64,000 nucleotides of DNA, taken from assembly GCA_010093745.1 (NCBI GenBank), contig MU005994.1, positions 1-64,000 of the forward strand. Reading direction: 5' to 3'. A program made the translations under genes and the position numbers. The notes under the pieces are model-generated. The model ran no database searches and was not told the DNA's origin. It worked only from the letters and a program-made list of their open reading frames with translations. Numbering within the stretch: position 1 is the stretch's first letter; each line of letters begins with the position of its first letter. This DNA comes from Piedraia hortae CBS 480.64 (Eukaryota). Positions 54,989 to 64,000 of this stretch are shown in pieces.

Positions 54989-55611
54989 ATGGGTAAGATA
55001 CTAAAACGAGTCTCCGCAAGACAGCGCTGATTCTGTTTCTGAACAGGTCGCCTGCAGGAGTATCAAGTGATCGGGCGCCATTTGCCCACGGACGCGAACC
55101 CGACGCCGAAGTTGTATCGCATGCGCATCTTTGCGCCGAACGATGTCATCGCCAAGAGTCGCTTCTGGTACTTTCTCGCCAAGCTGAAGAAGGTCAAGAA
55201 GGCCAACGGCGAGATTGTCAGCCTCAACCAGGTCAGTGCTGCGGAAGCGATGAATCCACACAGCTGACCAAGCAGATCCATGAGAAGCACCCGCAAAAGG
55301 TCAAGAACTTTGGCATCTGGCTGCGCTACGACTCACGCTCGGGTACGCACAACATGTACAAGGAGTACCGCGAGATGACGCGCTGCGATGCCGTCGAGTC
55401 CATGTATCAGGACCTTGCGGCCCGTCACCGTGCTCGTTTCAGGTCCATCCACATCCTCAAGGTGGTCGAGGTTACGAAGACGGACGACATTCGCCGCCCG
55501 TACATCCGCCAGCTGCTCACCAAGGACCTCAAGTTTCCCTTGCCGCACCGCGCACAGCCGAAGAAGGGCCGCACCATCTTTGCGTCTCGCAGGCCCAACA
55601 CCTTCTACTAA
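54989..55611 (+). CDS. RPL20: 60S ribosomal protein eL20 (L20/L18a); exons 54989-54992, 55047-55231, 55276-55611, with a probable 5'-UTR intron 54944-54988
   Basis: Spliced [62 protein letters not shown]. Canonical GT/CTRAY/AG signals. Confidence 0.97.
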
Positions 55612-55632
55612 AGTGGGTAGGGTAGCTACGTA

Positions 55633-56562
55633 TTAGAACCTCCACAACCGAACTGCGCCATCCTCCCCACATGTATACGCCCGATCATCGTAGAGCACAA
55701 AGTCCCGCACGACATCCTCCCCATGTCCACCCGGAAATTCTACCCTCTCTCCATCTCTCAAATGATGAACATCAGCCATAGCCAACGTCCCGAGCGAATT
55801 ATCCCCATAAAGCAGCACGCTCCCTCCTCTCCACTCCCCCAATCCAACACAATACTTTGCCCCCAAAATCCCTCTAACATCGCCCCAATCCCTCTCCCCA
55901 CCCCCCTTCAAATCATACACATTAAACTTCTCATCCGTAGTAACAACGCCCACCCCCCTCCCCCCCTCCATCCACACGCATCTATTCACCGCCCCGCGCA
56001 CATTCCCAACCCACTCCAACGCCTCGTCCTCGTCCTCGCCCTTCGTCAAGTCAAAAACATTAACCAGTCCGTCCGCTCCGCCAGAAAGTAACCCCGTCCC
56101 ATAAAAACCCAGACACGTAACACTATCGCTATGCGATTCCGTGAACATACACTTCAGCGAAGCAGCGTTCCCTCGCAGTTCGTAAATCGAAATGATAACC
56201 TCTCCCACCCCTTCACCCGTATTCTCCGTCCCCATCGCTAGGACGGGCAGGGTAGGATGCGCTGCGAGCGCGGAAATACCTTTCCCTCCCGCAGGGTTGA
56301 GGGTTAGGAGACTCGCTCCTCGGGCGTTGAAAATGTGGAGTGTTCCTCTGCGGGTTCCGAGCGCGAGGAGGTTGTTTGGTAGGGCTGCTAACGCGCTTGC
56401 ACTCCCCGCAATGGGGTGGGCTGATTGGAGGGTTAGTGGCTGCGTGAGGATGTAGAGGTTTGTGGTGGAGATTGTGGCAAGTTCGCCCGAGGGGAGGGGG
56501 GCGATGTGCGTTAGGTATACGTCGCCTAAGCGGGTTGTGGTTTGGAGGTGTGTGGTGAGCAT
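55633..56562 (-). CDS. WD40-repeat protein, WDR89-like
   Basis: ESHSDSVTCLGF, LLSGGADGLVNVFD..EDEAL, GHGEDVVRD, YTCGEDGAVRLW. Confidence 0.85.
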   Translation of the reverse strand: MLTTHLQTTTRLGDVYLTHIAPLPSGELATISTTNLYILTQPLTLQSAHPIAGSASALAALPNNLLALGTRRGTLHIFNARGASLLTLNPAGGKGISALAAHPTLPVLAMGTENTGEGVGEVIISIYELRGNAASLKCMFTESHSDSVTCLGFYGTGLLSGGADGLVNVFDLTKGEDEDEALEWVGNVRGAVNRCVWMEGGRGVGVVTTDEKFNVYDLKGGGERDWGDVRGILGAKYCVGLGEWRGGSVLLYGDNSLGTLAMADVHHLRDGERVEFPGGHGEDVVRDFVLYDDRAYTCGEDGAVRLWRF

Positions 56563-58369
56563 TGCCGTGGTGGAGTGGGGGGAAGTGGTGGTGGGTTTGG
56601 AGTTTTTGGCGACGACGCCGAGATGGAGTCGAATGGGGTGACAAGTCGGCGAGTCGCGTAAACAGATCTGCCGATTCCATTCCCCATGAGTTCCTTCGAC
56701 GACAAGCGAATCCCAAGCGAAAAGTACAAAAACCCAAGAGACCTCCTACCGCGGTACACCCTATCCACCGCTAACATCGACATTGTTCCCGAAGACTCCG
56801 CCCAAAGACTTCACCTACGCGATGTAACCTATCCTTCCCACCCATCCCAACACCCCCGACTACTACCAAATTTATCAGCACCCGTCACCCCACGGAGTGG
56901 GATTCATCCCCACCCGCCCCAAAGCTCTCGCCTCATCCTTCAAGAAAGTATACAAACCCGTGCCCTCGAATTCTCGGGGCCGGCTTCCCTTCGAACTCAC
57001 GACAAAATCCCAATCAGTTCCATCTAATCCCAACCCAGCGAGTTCAACGCGTGTATGCAGTACGCTGTGCTTTACCGCCGCCCCCCTAACCAACTAGGCG
57101 GTCTGCAGGGAACGCGAGATTCGCAATGCTTAAAATTACGAAGCTGAAATCAATCTGCGCGAAAAGTGAACGGGGAGTTGAATGCTCGATTGGGTTGGAG
57201 TTTCTATGGTTGGATTTTAAGGTCTGCGCCGGGATGGATTGGGGAGGAGGTGGATGGGGGTTGATAACTCCGAGATTGCATTATTCGCAAATTGAATTGG
57301 ATTGACTATTGGGGGGATATAAGGAGCTTTGATGTTGGGGGGAGAGACAGCTTGCGGGAGTAGGAGAGGGCTTGGGTGGGAAGAAGTACCTCTATGAGGG
57401 TGATTTCTCTATCGGAGGGCTGGGGGCAGGATGGGGACGAAGATTTTGGAGGGGATGAAGAGGAAGAGGAGGTGGGTGGGTGGTTCCAGCATTTGCGCTG
57501 ACGAGAGGGGGGGGTATCCGATGGGATAATGATGTAAATCAGAGAAATGAGAAGTCATTCACTTGGTAAGATTCTTTCGGGGGCGAGATCTCGACCATGG
57601 GTAGGGTTTGATACTCTTCTTCTTCGTTTCAATCGCTCTGCAGAAAGATGATCTTTTTGGGGATGATATAAGGGGACTTGACTTGTTCAACTCCACGGCG
57701 TAGAAGTCCCGAGACTTTTTGGTAACTGACCACTTCATTTGAATAGATCGCCTGCATCAACAGAGCTATGTTCCGGCGCTTCCTCAAATGATGGACGGCC
57801 TGAACGTTCCTCGCCACAGCATACAACCATGTTGATATTGGAAGCTTAGTTCAACTGACCAAATCAGCAAAGAAATAGCACGAAAGTGTTGTAAAGACCG
57901 TCAACCAACGTCTGATGCAAAGTGATATCCCAGGACGGGGAAGCCCTAAGTTAGCTGATGGCTTTTGGACTTCCAAAAAACACCACAAGTTGTTGATGGC
58001 ACCGATATCCCCATCTACGCCCCGTCGTGTAGCATGCATCCCAACAGCACACAGTTTCACTCAACCAATACCATAGCCATAGCGAATCAACATACAATAT
58101 TCCCTTGTTCAACGCTCGTTGTCCAGGATTGACACAATCCTGACGAACGAATTCAAATATTGGGAGATTCCGAGGGCCATAGCCATTGGTTCTCGGGTCC
58201 ACGAAGTCGAGAAACATCATACACACGACACGTCATTTGGCCAGTGACCCGCTCACTGTGAGGGAGTAGCCTGTGTACACACTATCCCTCTCTTGAAAGG
58301 AGAGGGGAGGTTGTCTTTGAACCCAACGCCGCCCTATGCGCTTAGCGCGCTGACAGGGATGAGGAATCA

Positions 58370-58450
58370 TTTGTTTGTTTTGTTTGTTATTCATTTTACG
58401 TCTATGGATGGGTCATAACTCCTAATGAGCTTATGCCCGGACCCTAATGG
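58370..58450 (-). mobile_element. Second 5'-truncated LINE-like 3' end with (AAAC)n tail
   Basis: ttgtttgttttgtttgttat-tcattttacgtctat..ggtcataactcctaa matches 15241-15273. Confidence 0.6.
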
Positions 58451-58472
58451 GCGCATCTGGCATTGCATTCCA

Positions 58473-58885
58473 CTGTTACGCTTAGTTTGAGCTTATTTAT
58501 ATATTTGAGGAGAGTGGTATGACTTTCCGAGCACCAAAGTTTCAGATTGGTACACTTAAATTAAGTTGAGTAATATGTCGAGAGAAAGCGGTACGCGTTT
58601 CTGAAGGTCAAACTTGCATATTGGTACGCCTACTTTGTGCTGAGTTATCCGTGGTTGCGGTCGGGGTACGAGTTCTTAGGCCCCGAAGTTTCATATGAGT
58701 ACGCTTAATTTGAGTTGAGTTACACATTTAATTAATGAGTACACGTTTTTGGACACCGATTTTTCACATAAGCGTGCTTGGATTGAGTTATACTATTCTG
58801 ACTCCTTAAAAATACACATGGTACATTTAATTTAAGCTGAGTTATATATAAGAGAAAATGAGTATTTGTTTTGAGGCTGGTACAT
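58473..58885. repeat. Degenerate ~74-bp tandem array (about 5-6 units) with two GTAC-centred motifs per unit
   Basis: Unit starts at 58473, 58547, 58621, 58696 and about 58818 (ggtacrcttaatttragytgagtta...ggtac...ccgaagtttcata). Confidence 0.75.
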
Positions 58886-61800
58886 ATTCTTGGTGATTTG
58901 ATTTCGTGACGGGATTCGATATTCGTCCAAGACGAATGGTATCATCCCAGTTACTCTCTGGAATGCAGATGTCTGAGCATCGCGTCAGTCAGATAAGAAT
59001 AGTATTATATCAATTTAGAGTGCTATCTGGGCCCCGGAATTTACTACTTCATCCGGCATCATCTTACGCTTTCTTCGCCCAGAAGGACGTATAGATATAA
59101 CTTCTCCTCAAGGCCATATATCATTGCTTGTCTGGTCGCCATGGGCAACATCAATTCACATTATAATATAGTACAAACGCTCTGCAGCACAATAAACCGA
59201 TTGAATGTGACAAGCATGTTTTCTTCCTCCCTCCAAGTGTGGCGATCTGTTCTCGCTTCCCCAGGCACTCGGTGAAAGTGACCAGGCTGCTGTTGCGTTC
59301 GCAAAAACTCTCTAGAGCTGTTCTATTTCCCTGAGCGGCGGCCTCTTCCACGCCCGTTCGATACCTGCCTCTGCTAACCCTGCTTCATTTATTTCCCGAC
59401 CTTATTTCCACCCTGCTCAATTTCATCTCCGTCCTCATCACTGCCGGTATCGTCCCTCACTGCAGATGGCGCAGTTTGACCATGATTGAAGTAAGCAAAC
59501 TTGTCCACCAACATACGCTGCTCGTGCTTCCAGAACGGGGCTGTGTGGATTTGATTTTATGTTGGCCTCGACATTATTCAAACTCCACTTCAATGCCCAC
59601 AGATGTGCTTCCAACTCGTTCCCCTCTGGCGGTCTTGCGATTTAGTGAGACATGGTCGAAGAAAAGCCAGGGCTCCGGCAAAGGATTGAAGCATTGGACG
59701 ATATGCCTGCACACCAGAAATCGGTTATCGGTCATACGCTACGTTGCGTTCATCATAGATCCGGCATGGACGATAACGTTCTCCCAGTCCATGTGTGATC
59801 TTGTTCTGGTCAACTTTGATGTTCCAGAGGTTAACTGCTGGGCAGCTGAGAGACTGTATGGTGCTAATGGTGTTACTTTCTCTATCTTCGTTGAGGGCCA
59901 TACCGATACATAAGGGATCGGGAGTAAGCATGCTTAAATCTCTGTGTACCTTCTGGCGTTACACAACATTCCCTCTTAGGCGTCATTGCCAAGCTACACA
60001 CATTAACACAAACCTCTGCCAGTCTTGTTTTTCATTATCTTGGCAATGAAGTGCGGGACTTCGAGCAGGCTGCTTGCACGGCTGGACGGGCTACGGCACT
60101 CACACTCTAAATATTCATGTCTACGTCTAGCTTAGTTATCTCCGAACCAATAGCATCATTCCCTGCAACGATCCTACGACATTCGTCTGCTTTGTTCTTG
60201 TGTTCGGCCAGAAGATCTGGTTGTAGCCGATTTGGAAAGTCTGCATCGACGCCGTAGTGAATGTCCCTCGCTTTTTCGCCATGCGACGGCTTTGCTAGTA
60301 ATCTCGCGGGTCTTGCGCCTTGGTGAGTTGGGGGAAGCACTGCAATGACCATAAATACCTGGGTAAGGCTGCGATACATGCTCGGTCCAAAATTTTCACT
60401 ACAATCCCGCGAAACAACCGGTTTGTAAGCCTCCAAGGAGGCACCCCGGTTTATCTCTTGGTTCGATTGAAGAAAATTACAAAGGGATAATTTCGAGATC
60501 GATGTTAGAGCGTGTTTTCACCATGTTTGCTATCGGCAGCACGTTGACAATGTATTTTGCCAGGAGCTGTGACGCAACTTCGATCATGGCATGTACGTAC
60601 TGGTGGTATCTTTTTTGACTGAAAGTGAACGATCTTATTTCCTCGTTTTATAGACCATGCGCCCGGGATGAACGTAAGCGCCTTGCGGACCCTCGATAGT
60701 ATTCTTGAGTGTCATCCCGAGAAAGCGCTTGACTTTGGGCGGCATTCCTGAGCGAGGGAACATTAGGATGGCTATATCCACTTCTGTATCGTCATGCTTG
60801 TTGACACCGTTCACATTGTTACTCCGACATTGTCGTTATATGAGGTATAGGGCACCTCCTGTCTTGCATAACAGCACGCTGATAGTGCTATTATAAAAGA
60901 TAAGGCTCGGTGATTTCGAGCTTCTTGACTCCGGACAAAAAGCACACAGCACTCATCATTTTGGATTTCCGCATCGTCGTATTTCTCGTCATCGCGAAAG
61001 ATCTTATCGACACCACTGACATCATCTGACTTATCTGCCGCGTCGAGATTATCGAATGTGTCCGACCGACGTCTTTTCTCCGATCGTGTTCGATGCAACA
61101 GCCAAGGAGGCTCGATGGACTTTCTCGCCGCAACTGAATTGCAGTATATACCAACAAATTCTGGGCGGTTTCGTTTCTTAAACGGATTCGGCTTGTTAAC
61201 CAAATGAAAGCGAAGGTGGACTAGTTCCTCTCTGAGACAACAAAGGTCGGCGAGATTTAGAGATTTTTCGTGATCAGCTCGCGTAGCTCATTAGATGTGC
61301 ATATCCCACCATTGGAAGTGGTCAATGCCAACCGCACATCAGATTAGTGGGCCTGCGTACGCCCTAACTCCGACGTCTTGAATAAATTGTTGGTGCACCC
61401 TGTCGACCATTTCACAGCCATCGCCAATCGGCCGTCGCCAATCGGCCATCACTCCACCACGTCAGGTGATGGAGCACCATTTTTGACTAGATCTCTTGAA
61501 ACAATAATGCATAAGTTAAGCTGTACCGAAGTCCAGTTGGCATCGAATCCAGCCAATCGTTGCGGTTTCATGAATACGTCATCCTTGATCACGCCATCCT
61601 GCAACCTCGACATCTACAGGACAAGACAAGGAAAGGCGGTGAGGGAGCTATGAATAATATTGTGCTTCCCAGTAGAGTGAAGGTTGGGGGAGACTGTGGG
61701 TGTTCAATGGCAAAGTCTAACCAAATGATTTCATGATCAGCAGAGGTGACGGCACTGATCGATGCGGGCATTCAGGACGCAGTGTTGCACAGGACGAGAT

Positions 61801-62174
61801 CCAGGGTAAATCCGGCGTTCGGGCTGGTTTGGCTGAGCTCTGAATGAGTTTGCTCCTGGTGATGTGCAGATTGGAAAATTGCAAATTTGAATTTGCAACA
61901 CCTTAGTTGCAATTCCGCCCGAACCGAGAAGCCGATACTAATCCGCCACCCCATACATTGCAAAATTGCAAAATTACACCTTGAAATTTTACAACCAATC
62001 GGCATGTTCAAGAATGACCGCACACCGGAACAGCTGTATTATCTGCGCACCCACCAGGTTCAATCATCCGACTCGACCTACTCGATGCTTCACGTGCTAC
62101 TGTGCAACATCGTCGAATTCCAAAACACATCTACGATTCTCATCTTCGATACCACTGCTGGCAGGTGAGAGGAC

Positions 62175-62583
62175 TGTTGGATTGAAGCATCGCAGCTAGC
62201 GCGTATGCGGGGCTCCTGCATAGCAAGTCAGCGAGACCTCCTACACTACCAGCTGCACCCTAGGTTTTTCCCTCACAGAGGTTTTCCCTCAGGGTCATGT
62301 AATATGTGACATGGTGAATGCGCCCTGCTGGTGTAAGACGTGACGTCACCGGCCCACCGGTGCCGAATATTTATCCTGAACGTCCCCTCATAGAGATAGA
62401 TAGTCATTCACACTGTCATTTTGACACTGGTATTGACTCATATACATATACATCTGCATCTGTCCTGTCCCTGATTTTGTCTATCGCTTCGTCCTCGTCG
62501 GGCCGCTGCGCACTCTCACCCACAGGAGCCCAATCGCTACATTCCGGTGCTCAGATGAAACGGTTCAATAAGTCCCAACAACG
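62175..62583 (+). mobile_element. Solo LTR (copia-like) with target-site duplication
   Basis: Begins TGTTGG and ends CCAACA(ACG). Flanked by AGGAC at 62170-62174 and 62584-62588. Two further copies occur in the window. Confidence 0.8.
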
Positions 62584-62775
62584 AGGACAATCAGAACTGC
62601 TATCTACTGGGAAGCTAGAATACTATAAACCAATCTAGAAGCGCCGTTCATCTGCGCGTGGTAGTGAGTGTAGTTATGAATAACTAGCAAGGCGCGTTGG
62701 TGTATTAAATTCCCTGTGCGCTTAGGCGGCGCGGGTCGACCCGCGCGCACTTACAGCCTTTCCTCAACAGTAAGA

Positions 62776-63864
62776 ATGCCTTCAAATACTCGCTGTCAAC
62801 CTCTTATTGAGATTACCAATCAACGAAAATCTCGCCATGATATTTTTGAGTGGCAGGGGGGTGCCATTGTTGCGAGGTACAACGCTTGGGAAGGACCTGT
62901 CAATGTCTCTAATGCAGAAGGACTCCCCCAATCTACTGTGACCAATATCATTCGTCGAGCGAAGCAGGACAAGAGCGTGGAGAATAGGCCGAGGTCTGGA
63001 AGGCCGAAGAAGGCGAATAAACGTGATGAGCGGGCGATACTACGTTGTATCCGCCTAAAGCCCAAAATGACATATCAGGAGTTGGTGCAAGAAGTTGGGC
63101 TGACCCTGAGCCGCCAAACGTACCGGCAAATTCTTCAAGACTCTAAAATTGCTTATTAGAAGGCCAGGAAGCGTCATGCCCTTAACCAGGAAACTGCCAA
63201 CAAGCGACTAAGATGGGCAAGGCAGCATCAAGACACAGACTGGGGCGTCCTGGATATTCTCGTACGAGTGCTCCGTTGAAACAGGGGCGGGAAATAAGCC
63301 CTAAAGGGTTTTCGGAGCTCCAGGCAACAAGTTGGATAAGGCCTTTGTCCAAGATTACTCAAAAGGTAAGCAAGGCCGCGTAATGGTCTGGGCAATGACT
63401 GGCAAAACGATCGAGGAAAGCCATCTTGTCGTCATGTAGCGTGATCTCACCTCGCGTAGCCAAGGCCACACCTCTCGATCTTACGTCGCAGCCATGCAGG
63501 CCGGGCTGCTGCAACATTACAATGGGCAGGTATTCCAGCAGCACAACGCCCGAATCCATATCCTCGTCAGGCGATGGCCTTTCTTCGGGTCCAGGGGGTC
63601 AGGATGATTGACGACTGGCCGCGGTACAGCCCAGACCTGAATCCTATCGAGCAAATTTGGGGTTTTTTGAAGTGGAAGGTCTACGAGATCAAACCAGACA
63701 TTGACTGCATAAGAAATAAAGTAAAGCAAATGGCCATGCTCGAAGAAGTTCTGCCAATCGTTTGGAAGCAGATTTATCGTGGAATCGTGGAAAACCTGGT
63801 CGACTGCATGATAGAGCGCGTTGAGGCCATCATCTTGGCTGACGACTGGTACATTCGCTTTTAG
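62776..63864 (+). mobile_element. Tc1/mariner transposase pseudogene (DD34E-type)
   Basis: HTH GLPQSTVTNII, RSGRPKK, KRLRWARQH, VMVWA, FQQHNARIH (catalytic D lost), WPRYSPDLNPIEQIW. In-frame stop at 63157-63159 and frameshifts. Confidence 0.9.
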
Positions 63865-64000
63865 TTCACGATAGATCATTCATTCATCTTGTTGAGCCCT
63901 TTCCAATACTATTTTTAAGTTGCGGGTCTTCACGATGTTGTTGGCTGAAGTAGTGTTGCTTCAAACTTGACAGCATCTGGGCTGAATCGGAAAGGTGTTG

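Noticed and set aside
56620..57500. Possible spliced gene divergent from WDR89-like (intron-like signals at ~56824-56878 and ~57053-57097)
   Set aside because: No splice combination gave a long open frame or known motif; at best an unidentifiable pseudogene.
59100..61700. Short ORFs suggesting a kinase or retroelement internal region
   Set aside because: No diagnostic motifs. The adjacent LTR is solo with a TSD, so this is not its internal domain.
62750..64000. Terminal inverted repeats of the Tc1 element
   Set aside because: TA-CAGCCTTTCC at ~62752 has only a partial counterpart near the window end; not convincing.

Overview
Eukaryotic DNA from a filamentous ascomycete. It is probably a Dothideomycete with a strongly compacted genome; this is inferred from protein families, 43-62 nt GT-AG introns with CTRAC branch sites and very short intergenic spacers. 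Dense blocks of conserved housekeeping genes (STB6-like, RMD5/GID2, AIF-like Rieske flavoprotein, PXA1, FRG1, MCR1, SWD1, RPB1, spartin-like, CSN12, BCKDH E1 alpha, RPL20, WDR89-like, tRNA-Met with intron) alternate with accessory stretches. These hold decayed transposons (copia LTRs and integrase, MULE, hAT, Tc1, LINE 3' stubs), pseudogenes and a trio of paralogous small secreted Cys proteins. Five observations stand out. (1) An unannotated, densely base-paired ~0.75 kb non-coding segment lies between BCKDH E1 alpha and RPL20, preceded by TAAAACCCTA; it is a candidate telomerase RNA or snoRNA-type locus. (2) An intronless, actinobacterial-looking NDH-2-type flavoprotein starts 89 bp behind STB6-like (candidate horizontal transfer). 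(3) A LINE-tail plus GTAC-core tandem-array composite occurs at two loci. (4) Tandem spacers of 73-89 bp are operon-like, and one convergent pair has overlapping stop codons. (5) Genes show a strong C-rich 5' to G-rich 3' skew. All assignments come from motif recognition by eye; no searches or folding programs were run.
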